DNA from: Dehalococcoidia bacterium
Lineage (GTDB): Bacteria > Chloroflexota > Dehalococcoidia > Bin125
Length of the DNA: 64,000 bases
Assembly (NCBI GenBank): GCA_963662615.2
Contig: CAXXSR010000001.1
Coordinates: forward strand, 1,664,001-1,728,000
Direction: 5' to 3'
Shown here piece after piece: positions 1 through 8,972 of the stretch. The first letter of the stretch is position 1; each line of letters opens with the position of its first letter. The notes beneath the pieces were generated by a model. It was not told the origin of the DNA, searched no databases, and worked only from the letters and a program-made list of their open reading frames with translations. Both the position numbers and the translations under genes were made by a program.

Positions 1-606
1 GTCGAAGAGTTCCATCTTTTGTGAGTCGTAATTCCAGTGCTGGTTGTATCCCCGTCGCCAGCCGGCAGCATCGAAGACCTGATCTGCCGGAAACAGGCTC
101 TGGCCGTACTCACCCTCGGCCTGCGACAAATCCGTTTTCACCTCGCCGCGGAAGGTTCGTACGATCCGGTCCGCAGGAACGCTCAATACGGTCTCGTCGG
201 CTTCCGGATCGACCGCACGCTCCATATCGAGGTAGTAGTGCCGTTCGATCGCCTTCCCCTTCGGGTCCTTGGTTTGCACCGGGACCGGGCTCATGAGCGC
301 CTGATAGAGCGAGGTCAGCCGTTGCTGACCATCCAGAATCAGCGTGTCTGGCCCAATCCGGGCGAGGCTATCGTCTGTCCCTTCCACGGGACGCGGTTTA
401 AAGGTGACGCCCTCGCCTCCCGTCTCCAGAATCATCACGGCGCCGATCGGGAACGACACCGAAATGCTCTCCAAAAGGCTTCGGATGCGTTCGTCGTCCC
501 AGACCCAGCCGCGCTGGAAGTCCGGGAGCTGCATCTTCCCGGAATCGACGTATCGGAGTAGCTCCAGAAGCCCGGTCTTCGTGCTGTCGAACGTCGCACC
601 AATCAT
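1..606 (-). CDS. DUF262 (GmrSD-like, ParB-fold) domain protein, 5' part only; putative modification-dependent restriction protein
   Basis: Absent from the ORF track because it has no stop in the window. Manual translation from ATG at 606 gives MIGATFDSTKTGLLELLRYVDSGKMQLPDFQRGWVWDDERIRSLLESISVSFPIG...LILDGQQRLTSLYQ, with the DUF262 motifs FQRxxVW and DGQQR. Confidence 0.88.
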   Translation of the reverse strand, partial: MIGATFDSTKTGLLELLRYVDSGKMQLPDFQRGWVWDDERIRSLLESISVSFPIGAVMILETGGEGVTFKPRPVEGTDDSLARIGPDTLILDGQQRLTSLYQALMSPVPVQTKDPKGKAIERHYYLDMERAVDPEADETVLSVPADRIVRTFRGEVKTDLSQAEGEYGQSLFPADQVFDAAGWRRGYNQHWNYDSQKMELFD

Positions 607-800
607 CCCGATACCCCTTCTGCTGAACTCCCCGTGATCTCCCCCAGCATCTCACGATGTCCCCTTCGATCTCCCGAATATCCGCCTCGATCTCCTCGAG
701 AGGACGAGGCGGGGTGTAGGCGTAGAACTCGCGGTTGAAGTTGATCTCGTAGCCGACGAGGCCGACTTCGGCGTCCTTTGCGTCGCGACGGTCCTGGTAT
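603..800 (-). pseudogene. hsdM: C-terminal remnant of a type I restriction-modification M subunit
   Basis: DAKDAEVGLVGYEINFNREFYAYTPPRPLEEIEADIREIEGDIV is a typical HsdM C-terminus. After a 1-nt shift near 651 it continues MLGEITGSSAEGVSG* with the TGA overlapping the DUF262 ATG (ATGA, 603-606). The 5' part is absent. Confidence 0.8.
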
Positions 801-1088
801 ACGTTAGCGATCGAACTCATCGGCGAGGTTGCCGATGAGATCCGCAGGCGCTTCCAGGACACCTCAGGACAGGGCGCGACGACCGAGTTACACCGCCAAG
901 GTGATCCTCGCCAGCGTGCGCGCAGCACCAGCTCCTCCTCAGCGAGGAAGCGCGATCTCTATCCGGAAGGGGATCCCATCTGTACTCACCACTGGACGAA
1001 CATCGGGATGTGTGTTCAATCCGGGCGAAAGAATGGTTGGTGTCCCCTTCGCGATCAGCCTGAGCGCTGGGCTCCAAGAACAGCCTCG

Positions 1089-1469
1089 CAGCCGGGTTAC
1101 CCGGAGCGGTCACCGAACGGAGGGCTGTTCGGGGGCTTGATCGAGGCGAACGCCCTGGTCGAGCGCACGTGGGGTGCCGCGATCCATGAGGCCGTCGCGC
1201 CTGAAGATGGCGAACTCGTCGTCACGAAGCGGGCGAATGCCATCCTGCCAGGACTCATGAACACACTCATGGCGATCGAGAACCGCGTCGCGAAAGGTGT
1301 CGACCGCGATGAGCTCATCGCTCAGCGTGATAGCCAAGTGCCGCTCGGTCGGAAGATGGGCACCGGCTGGGACGTGGCCAACGCGGTCCTCTTCCTCCAC
1401 TCCGATGACGCCGCCTTCATCACCGGTATCGCGCTCCCCGTCGACGGTGGCTCCGCTCTGACTCGCTAG
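1089..1469 (+). pseudogene. Chimeric remnant: isochorismatase/cysteine-hydrolase fragment fused in frame to the C-terminal half of an SDR oxidoreductase
   Basis: QPGYPERSPNGGLFGGLIEANALVERTWGAAIHEAVAPEDGELVVTKR (cysteine-hydrolase-like) is joined at ~1230 to RANAILPG...VPLGRKMGTGWDVANAVLFLHSDDAAFITGIALPVDGG (SDR C-terminus). No NAD-binding N-terminus is present. Confidence 0.65.
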
Positions 1470-1725
1470 AGCGTCGATCACCGGTCTGGATCGCCGTCGC
1501 GGCGGGCACTGACGTGGGCTCTGCGGGAGATCCGAGCGAATCGGTTCAGCCCGGCTTGGAGAGTCAGCGGTATCTGCGCGGAATGCGTAACGGGGCGGGC
1601 GGCGAGACGATGAAATTCGGATGCGGCCCTTATGTGCGCGCGCCGCTGGATGAGGTGACAATCGACCCTTCGACGTGGTTTGCTGATTGTGAGGTCGCAG
1701 AGCAGTACACGCGACCAGCGAGAGG

Positions 1726-4700
1726 GTGGGGATGACGACAGCGAGCAGGGCACAATCGTTGCCTACGGTCGCTCCAGATGTTGGGCAGCTCGTGCATGTC
1801 CGCTCCCGACGGTGGCTCGTCGAGGAGATTGTTCCGCCCGCGAGCCCCGGCGACTCTTGCCTCGTTCGCCTCGCCTGTGCCGACGACGATGCTCAAGGAC
1901 AGTCCCTGGACGTGTACTGGGACTACGAGCTCGACAGGAGAGTTCTGGAGGAAGAGGGCTGGCAAGACCTGGCCAGCCAAGGGTTCGACGACCCGCGCCA
2001 GTTCGCAGCCTTCCTGCACACGTTGCAGTGGAACTGCGTCACGGCGACAGATCCGAACATCTTCCAGGCGCCCTTCCGGGCTGGCATCAAGATCGACGCC
2101 TACCAGATGGAGCCGCTGCGCAAGGCGCTCCGGCTCCCCCGCGTCAATCTCTTCATCGCGGACGACACGGGCCTTGGAAAGACGATCGAGGCGGGCCTCA
2201 TCGCCCGGGAACTGCTGCTCCGCAAGAAAGTCAAGACAATCGTGGTCGCGGCACCCGCCTCGGTCATCGAGCAATGGAAGGGCGAGATGGAGGATCGCTT
2301 TGGCTTGGTGTTCGAGATTCTGGACCGTGCGTACCTGACGAAGATGCGTCGCGAGCGGGGGTTCGGCGTGAACCCGTGGCGAACCCATAGCCGCTTTTTG
2401 ATCTCCCACAGTCTGTTGATCGACCCGACTTACGCCGACCCAATGCGTGAGTGGCTCGGCCCCCTGCTGCCAGGGAGTCTTTTGATCCTCGACGAAGCTC
2501 ATCACGCGGCACCGTCCAGCGGTGGGCGCTACGGCATCGAGACGAAGTTCACGCGCGCCGTGCGAGACCTCTCCGGCCGCTTCGAGCACCGGCTGTTTCT
2601 GTCCGCCACTCCGCACAACGGCCACTCCAACAGCTTCTCGACGCTCCTGGAGCTACTCGACCCATATCGGTTCACCCGGGGGGTGAAGGTGCGCGGCAAG
2701 CGGGAGCTTGACGATGTCATGGTCCGGCGACTCAAGGACGACATCCGCGCCATCCAAGGTGGCTTCCCCGTACGCGTCGTGCAGCGCGTGGTCATCGATG
2801 GGCTCCCGGAAGATGCGCCAGAGCTCGTCCTGTCCCGCCTTCTTGACGAATATCGGACCGTTCGAGAGGAGCGTCACGCCGCCGCATCGCGGAAAGCGCA
2901 AGCGTCAGCTGGCCTCTTGATTGTTGGGTTGCAGCAGCGGCTGCTGTCCTCCACAGAGGCTTTCGCGCGCAGTCTCAAGGTCCACCGGCAGACGGTGAAG
3001 CGTCATTGGGAGAAAGAGTCGACGACTGCCGTCCCAGAATCCAAGACGGCGGACGAGGACGCCCGCCTCTTTACGATGGCACCGGACGTGGATGACGAGC
3101 GTGGTGTGTGGACCGATAACCAGCTCGACGCAGAGGAGGACGACCAAATCGAGTCGATCACCAGCGCCGCGGAAGCTGGAACTGCACGCGACAAGGCTGC
3201 GGTGGACCTGTGGAACCGGGAGCAGGAACTGCTGGATGAGATGGAAGAGGTCGCGGAGGCGACACGTCACCTGCCCGAGGCGAAGGCTCGGCGCCTCATC
3301 GACTGGATCCGGGAGAACATGTGCCCCGACCTGCCACCGTTCGGGAAGTCGCCAACGGAATCGCGCCCTGCCTGGAACGCGCGGCGGGTCCTGATCTTCA
3401 CAGAGAATCGCGAGGGCACAAAGCGATATCTGCGGACGATCCTGGAACAGGCCATCGAGGGGACCGACCGAGCGGATGAGCGGATCGAGGTCATCGACGG
3501 TCTCACAAGTAGCACCCGACGCAAGGAAATCCAGCGCCGGTTCAACGCGGACCCTGCGAAAGACCCACTACGGATTCTGCTCGCCACGGACGCCGCCCGA
3601 GAGGGGCTGAACTTCCAGGCCCACTGCGCGGACTTGTTCCACTTCGACTTGCCCTGGAATCCCGGACGAATCGAGCAGCGCAACGGCCGGATCGATCGCA
3701 AACTGCAGCGGGCCCCCGAGGTCCGCTGCCACTACTTCGCCTTGCCCCAGCGCGTGGAGGATCGCGTCCTCCGGGTCCTGGTTCGGAAGACTGAGACGAT
3801 CAAGAAGGAACTCGGAAGCCTCTCAAAGGTGATCGACGACGACATTGAGCGCCAGCTTCGGGGCGGGATTCGGCATCGAGACGTGGATCGACTCGCTCGC
3901 GAACTCGAACAAGCGGACCTCGACGAGGAGCGCAAACGAATCACGAATGAGGAGTTGGAATCCGCGAGAGACCGACAAGAGGACCTAAAGCAACAGATCG
4001 AGCGCTGCCAGACGCTTCTGGAACGTTCGCGGGAGTGGGTCGGCTTCGCGCCGGAGCCGTTCCGCGACGCGCTCTCTTGCTCGCTGAAACTGATCGGCGC
4101 CGAGCCGCTAACAGAGAGTCGAGACGACGACGGTAACCTCGTCTGGACGTTCCCCCCGCTCGATCGCCGCGCCGAGACCGACGCGAGCTGGGCGGCGACG
4201 CTTGATACCCTCCGGGCGCCCCGCAAGACGAACGAGAAGCTCGCCGAGTGGCGTCGCGAGGCACCGATTCGCCCGATCGTCTTCCAAGATGCCGGCGTCT
4301 TGAGCGACGACACTGTCCACCTCCACCTCGAGCAGCGTGTTGCACAGCGTCTTCTCGCCCGCTTCCGCTCGCAGGGTTTCATCCACCATGATCTCTCTCG
4401 CGCCTGCCTCGCCCAGACCGCCGACTCCGTCCCCCGGGTCATTCTGCTCGGTCGGCTCTCGCTCTACGGACGCAACGCAGAGCGCCTCCATGAGGAGATC
4501 GTTCCGCTAGCCGCACGTTGGGTGGAGCCATCCCGGCGACAGACTCCGCTCCGAGCGTACGCGCGCGCGGCTGAGACCAGGACTTTGGACCTGCTCGAGG
4601 CTTCTCTCGATCGCGGGGGGTCTGAGCCGAACGAAACGGTTCGGGGCAAGATCCTCGCCTCCGCGGCGCGCGATGTTGAGGAGCTGCGTCCCCAGCTCGA

Positions 4701-5037
4701 GCCCCGCGCGGAGGAGCTGGCTGAGGTTGCGATCGACAGACTTCGTGAGCGAGGTGAGCGTGAGGAGCGCGACCTCCGCGGGATCCTCGAGCGTCACCGG
4801 AAGCGTGTAGCGGAGGAGCTGGAGAAGCAGGAGGATCAACCGCTTCAGCTTCGCCTCGGCTTTGGCGAGGAGGAGAGACGCCAGCGGGAAGCCGACGTGC
4901 GTTCCTGGCGCATTCGGTTGGAGCAGTTCGACCGTGACCTCGACGAGGAGCCGCAACGTGTCCGTGACTTCTACGAGGTCCGCGCCAGGCGGGTGGAGCC
5001 GATCGGGCTCGTCTATCTCTGGCCGGACACGAACTGA
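1726..5037 (+). CDS. drmD: DISARM SNF2-like helicase DrmD (start may be ATG 1732)
   Basis: SNF2 motifs ADDTGLGKT, DEAHH, SATPH and EQRNGRIDR; 1103 aa; first gene of a drmMI-A-B-C operon. Confidence 0.9.
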   Translation: MGMTTASRAQSLPTVAPDVGQLVHVRSRRWLVEEIVPPASPGDSCLVRLACADDDAQGQSLDVYWDYELDRRVLEEEGWQDLASQGFDDPRQFAAFLHTLQWNCVTATDPNIFQAPFRAGIKIDAYQMEPLRKALRLPRVNLFIADDTGLGKTIEAGLIARELLLRKKVKTIVVAAPASVIEQWKGEMEDRFGLVFEILDRAYLTKMRRERGFGVNPWRTHSRFLISHSLLIDPTYADPMREWLGPLLPGSLLILDEAHHAAPSSGGRYGIETKFTRAVRDLSGRFEHRLFLSATPHNGHSNSFSTLLELLDPYRFTRGVKVRGKRELDDVMVRRLKDDIRAIQGGFPVRVVQRVVIDGLPEDAPELVLSRLLDEYRTVREERHAAASRKAQASAGLLIVGLQQRLLSSTEAFARSLKVHRQTVKRHWEKESTTAVPESKTADEDARLFTMAPDVDDERGVWTDNQLDAEEDDQIESITSAAEAGTARDKAAVDLWNREQELLDEMEEVAEATRHLPEAKARRLIDWIRENMCPDLPPFGKSPTESRPAWNARRVLIFTENREGTKRYLRTILEQAIEGTDRADERIEVIDGLTSSTRRKEIQRRFNADPAKDPLRILLATDAAREGLNFQAHCADLFHFDLPWNPGRIEQRNGRIDRKLQRAPEVRCHYFALPQRVEDRVLRVLVRKTETIKKELGSLSKVIDDDIERQLRGGIRHRDVDRLARELEQADLDEERKRITNEELESARDRQEDLKQQIERCQTLLERSREWVGFAPEPFRDALSCSLKLIGAEPLTESRDDDGNLVWTFPPLDRRAETDASWAATLDTLRAPRKTNEKLAEWRREAPIRPIVFQDAGVLSDDTVHLHLEQRVAQRLLARFRSQGFIHHDLSRACLAQTADSVPRVILLGRLSLYGRNAERLHEEIVPLAARWVEPSRRQTPLRAYARAAETRTLDLLEASLDRGGSEPNETVRGKILASAARDVEELRPQLEPRAEELAEVAIDRLRERGEREERDLRGILERHRKRVAEELEKQEDQPLQLRLGFGEEERRQREADVRSWRIRLEQFDRDLDEEPQRVRDFYEVRARRVEPIGLVYLWPDTN

Positions 5038-8000
5038 TGGCCACACTCGATCCACAAATCGCCGCGCATCTCGAATGGATTGGCTTTGTGCGGCCGACGG
5101 GTCTCGTCGTCTCCGCGCCTGCTCTCGTGCGGGCCGGTGCCATCCTGGACCGAAACGATGCGGAGGGTCAGCGCTTCCTCCGGGAGAACGTCGAGCAGCG
5201 AGAGTTCGACCCGGCGGAAGGCTCCACTGCGTGGGCCCCGAGCTTCCACGCGTTCGCTTCCACAGTGCTGGGTTGGAACTTCTCTCCTACAGGATACGCC
5301 GGGAGCGAAGAAAGCCCGATCCCCGCCGACCTTGAGGTGCCGCTTCCCGACTATGGGACGACGCTTCGACCTGATTTCGTGGTCCGGGAGCTCGACGCAG
5401 CTGCGGGCGACGTGCCCTGGCAGCTCCTGGTCCGTGTGCTTGAGGCCGGCCAGGACTTCGATACGACCATTCGCGGGGATGGGAACCTCGAGGCCTCGGC
5501 TCACGGGCGCATGGAGCGGCTCTTGCGGCGAACCGGCGTTCCCGCTGGGCTCCTCTTCAATGGCCGGGCGCTTCGCCTGGTTTCCGCGCCCCGCGGTGAA
5601 AGCTCGGGTTGGATCGACTTCTGCGTCGACGACATGGTCCAGACCGCTGGGCGGCCTATTTGCACCGCACTGCGATTGCTCCTGGGGCAGACGCGCCTCC
5701 TAAGTCTCCCCAGGGCACAGCGCCTGACCGCCCTCCTTGAGGACAGCCGCAAGTTTCAGAACGAGGTCAGTGAGCGCCTGGCCGAACAGGTCCTGCACGG
5801 CCTCTATGACCTGCTGCGTGGATTCCAAGCAGCACATGACGCCTCCGGCGGCGAGTTGCTACGGGAACCGCTGCGCGAGAATCCTGACGAGGTCTACCGC
5901 GCCTTGCTGACGGTGACCCTCCGGCTCGTCTTCCTGCTCTACGCCGAAGAGCGCGACATGCTCCCAGGGGATGAAGCCTTTCAGAAGTACTATTCGCTCG
6001 CGGGGCTCCACGCTCGGCTCCGAGAAGATGCCGCGCTCTTCCCCGACACAATGGAGCAGCGGTACGGCGCCTGGCCGCAACTCCTCGTTCTCTTCCGAAT
6101 GGTCTTCGACGGGGCCGAGAGCGGGGAGATGCGCTTGCCGCAACGACACGGTGTGCTCTTTGATCCGGACCGCTTCCCCTTCCTCGAGGGGCGGCCCGCG
6201 GCGGACTCGCGGCAAATCGACGGGCGGATCGAACCTCCTCTCGTGCCAGACGGCACGATCTATCGAGTTCTCGAGAACCTGCTTGTGCTCGACGGTGAGC
6301 GCATCTCCTACCGCGCTCTTGACGTGGAACAGATCGGCTCCGTCTACGAGACGATGATGGGCTTCCGCCTGGAGCAAGCGACCGGCCGCTCCGTGGCGAT
6401 CAAGGCGTCGAAGAGGCATGGCGCGCCGACGACCATCAATCTCGAAACGCTCCTCGCGGAGTCACCGGCCGCGCGGGAGAAGTGGGTGAAGGATCAAGCC
6501 GATCGGGCGTTGACGGACAAGGTCAACAAAGCGGTCAAGGACGCCGTGACCCTCGATGACCTGCATGCGGCGCTCGATTCCGTGGTGGATAGGCGCGCCA
6601 CCCCGGACCTCATACCCGTGGGGGCGATGGCCTTACAACCGAGCGAGGAACGACGTAGGTCCGGTTCCCACTACACTCCCCGGACGCTGACTGAGCCGAT
6701 CATCCGCACGACCTTGGAGCCCATCCTCAAGAGACTGCGAGGCGAGGAGGATCGGCCACCGATGCCGGCGCAGATCCTAGAACTCAAGGTCTGCGACCCG
6801 GCAATGGGCTCAGGCGCATTCCTCGTCGAGGCTTGCCGCCACCTCGGAGATGCCTTGATCGAGGCCTGGCGTTTCCACGACCAGTTGCCCAGCATCCCAC
6901 CAGACGAAGATGAAGTGGTCCTGGCGCGCAGGCTGATCGCGCAGCGTTGCCTCTACGGGGTGGACAAGAATCCTGTCGCAGTTGACCTTGCCAAGATGTC
7001 GCTCTGGCTCGTCACGCTTGCCCGCGACCATCCCTTGACCTTCCTGGATCACGCGCTGCGGCACGGCGACTCACTCGTTGGGCTTTCGCGCAAGCAGATC
7101 GAAGCCTTTCACTGGGATGGGGACGCGCCCCGCTTTCAGGCGGGGCTTGAGATCATGCAGGTTCGCGAACATGTGGCGAGAGTCACGAATCTGCGCCGGC
7201 GAATCCGTGAGGCGGACGAGAGCGTCCAGGACTGGCAACTGCGCGACCTCTGGAACGAGGCGCAGATGGAGCTCGGGAATATCCGCTTGTTCGGCGACCT
7301 GGTGCTTGCGGCCTTTTTCGAGGAAGAGAAGCCCAAGGAGCGAGAACGGAAGCGAAACGAGTACGCCACGTCCGTTCTCGCCGGCGAGACGGAGGGCAAC
7401 CGCGAACGGCTCGATGGCTGGAGGGACGCGACCCTGCCGCTCGTTCCCTTCCATTGGGAGATCGAGTTCCCGGAAGTCTTCGAAAGACGCGCGCCTGGGT
7501 TTGATGTCTTCGTCGGGAACCCGCCGTTCGCGGGCAAGAACAATCTCGCGAGTGCGAATCTCGCTGGATACGCTGATTGGCTCAGGCAGTCGCATGAAGG
7601 GAGCCACGGAAATGCTGATCTCGTGGCCCACTTCTTCCGTCGCGCCTTTGATCTCCTGAGGGAGGGCGGGGCCTTCGGCCTGATCGCCACGAACACCATC
7701 GGACAGGGCGATACGCGCTCGACAGGGCTCCGCTGGATCTGCGAGCACGGTGGCGATCTTTTCGCCGCGCGGAAGCGCCTCATCTGGCCCGGTCTCGCTG
7801 CTGTGGTGGTGAGCGTAATTCACGGGACCAAGGGACGCTTTTTCGAGCAGCGATGGTTGGACGATCGGCCAGTGGAGATCATCACCGCATTCCTCGCTGA
7901 TCGAGGTCCACACAGTGATCCCAGCAGCCTTTCTGCGAACGCCAGCCTAGCCTTCGTCGGTAATTATGTACTTGGAGACGGGTTCATCTTCGACGATTCT

Positions 8001-8972
8001 AAACCTACGCGCTGGCCGGTCTCGGCAGGTTCTGAACTACTTGTGAATCCGCACAACAGAGAGGTTCTCCGCCCGTACCTCACGGGGGACGCCTTGAATT
8101 CCTTGCCGGATTCGATACCGTGCGAGATTGTCATCGATTTTGGGAATCGCGACGAGGAGGCCGCGAGGGAGTGGCCTGAGCTCATAGCGCTGGCAGAGGA
8201 GCGAGTAAAACCGGGCCGGGAGAAGTACAAAGGGGCGATGCGGGAGAAGTGGTGGCTCCACGCGCGCAGTAAAGCGAGTTTCTACACGAGCGTTCGCCCA
8301 CTTGAGCGCGTGATCGTCACTAGCCAAACAAGCCCTCGCTGGTCATTCACGCTAGTAGATTCAGCTTGGACCTATGACCAGACGGTTACGGTGATCTTGT
8401 CCGATTCACATGCCATGTTCGCCATCCTCAGCTCTCGATTGCACGAGGCCTGGGCTCGTTTCGTCGGGTCGTCGATGAAGGACGATCTTCGCTACACGCC
8501 GTCCGACTGTTTCGAGACCTTCCCCTTTCCCGAGGACTGGGAGACTCATGCGGCGCTGGAGGAGGTGGGCAAGGCCTACTACGCGTTCCGCGCGGATTCG
8601 ATGGTCAAAAACAACGAGGGCTTGACCAGGACATACAACCGCTTCCATCACCCAGACGAGCGCGACCCTGCCATCCAGGGATTGCGCGAGCTCCACGCGA
8701 CCATCGACCGTGTCATGCTCGACGCCTACGGCTGGAACGACATCCCAACCGATTGCGAGTTCCTCCTCGACTACGAGATCGACGAGGAGGAGTGGGGCCG
8801 CAAGAAGAAGCCTTACCGCTACCGCTGGCCCGATGACGTCCATGATGAAGTGCTGGCTCGGCTGCTTGAGCTAAACGCAGCTCGTGCGAAAGAGGAAGTG
8901 TGGGCCGGAGTCACGACCGAAAAGCCGAAGAGCCGCCGGAAGAAGGCCGCTAAGCAAAGGGAGCTCATCTAG
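5037..8972 (+). CDS. drmMI: DISARM N6-adenine DNA methyltransferase DrmMI (large, type IIG-like architecture)
   Basis: Motif I CDPAMGSGAF and motif IV GNPPF; C-terminal target-recognition region; start overlaps the drmD stop. Confidence 0.88.
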   Translation: MATLDPQIAAHLEWIGFVRPTGLVVSAPALVRAGAILDRNDAEGQRFLRENVEQREFDPAEGSTAWAPSFHAFASTVLGWNFSPTGYAGSEESPIPADLEVPLPDYGTTLRPDFVVRELDAAAGDVPWQLLVRVLEAGQDFDTTIRGDGNLEASAHGRMERLLRRTGVPAGLLFNGRALRLVSAPRGESSGWIDFCVDDMVQTAGRPICTALRLLLGQTRLLSLPRAQRLTALLEDSRKFQNEVSERLAEQVLHGLYDLLRGFQAAHDASGGELLREPLRENPDEVYRALLTVTLRLVFLLYAEERDMLPGDEAFQKYYSLAGLHARLREDAALFPDTMEQRYGAWPQLLVLFRMVFDGAESGEMRLPQRHGVLFDPDRFPFLEGRPAADSRQIDGRIEPPLVPDGTIYRVLENLLVLDGERISYRALDVEQIGSVYETMMGFRLEQATGRSVAIKASKRHGAPTTINLETLLAESPAAREKWVKDQADRALTDKVNKAVKDAVTLDDLHAALDSVVDRRATPDLIPVGAMALQPSEERRRSGSHYTPRTLTEPIIRTTLEPILKRLRGEEDRPPMPAQILELKVCDPAMGSGAFLVEACRHLGDALIEAWRFHDQLPSIPPDEDEVVLARRLIAQRCLYGVDKNPVAVDLAKMSLWLVTLARDHPLTFLDHALRHGDSLVGLSRKQIEAFHWDGDAPRFQAGLEIMQVREHVARVTNLRRRIREADESVQDWQLRDLWNEAQMELGNIRLFGDLVLAAFFEEEKPKERERKRNEYATSVLAGETEGNRERLDGWRDATLPLVPFHWEIEFPEVFERRAPGFDVFVGNPPFAGKNNLASANLAGYADWLRQSHEGSHGNADLVAHFFRRAFDLLREGGAFGLIATNTIGQGDTRSTGLRWICEHGGDLFAARKRLIWPGLAAVVVSVIHGTKGRFFEQRWLDDRPVEIITAFLADRGPHSDPSSLSANASLAFVGNYVLGDGFIFDDSKPTRWPVSAGSELLVNPHNREVLRPYLTGDALNSLPDSIPCEIVIDFGNRDEEAAREWPELIALAEERVKPGREKYKGAMREKWWLHARSKASFYTSVRPLERVIVTSQTSPRWSFTLVDSAWTYDQTVTVILSDSHAMFAILSSRLHEAWARFVGSSMKDDLRYTPSDCFETFPFPEDWETHAALEEVGKAYYAFRADSMVKNNEGLTRTYNRFHHPDERDPAIQGLRELHATIDRVMLDAYGWNDIPTDCEFLLDYEIDEEEWGRKKKPYRYRWPDDVHDEVLARLLELNAARAKEEVWAGVTTEKPKSRRKKAAKQRELI

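Noticed and set aside
37-561. 174-aa plus-strand ORF
   Set aside because: Antisense shadow of the DUF262 gene, which has clear motifs on the minus strand.
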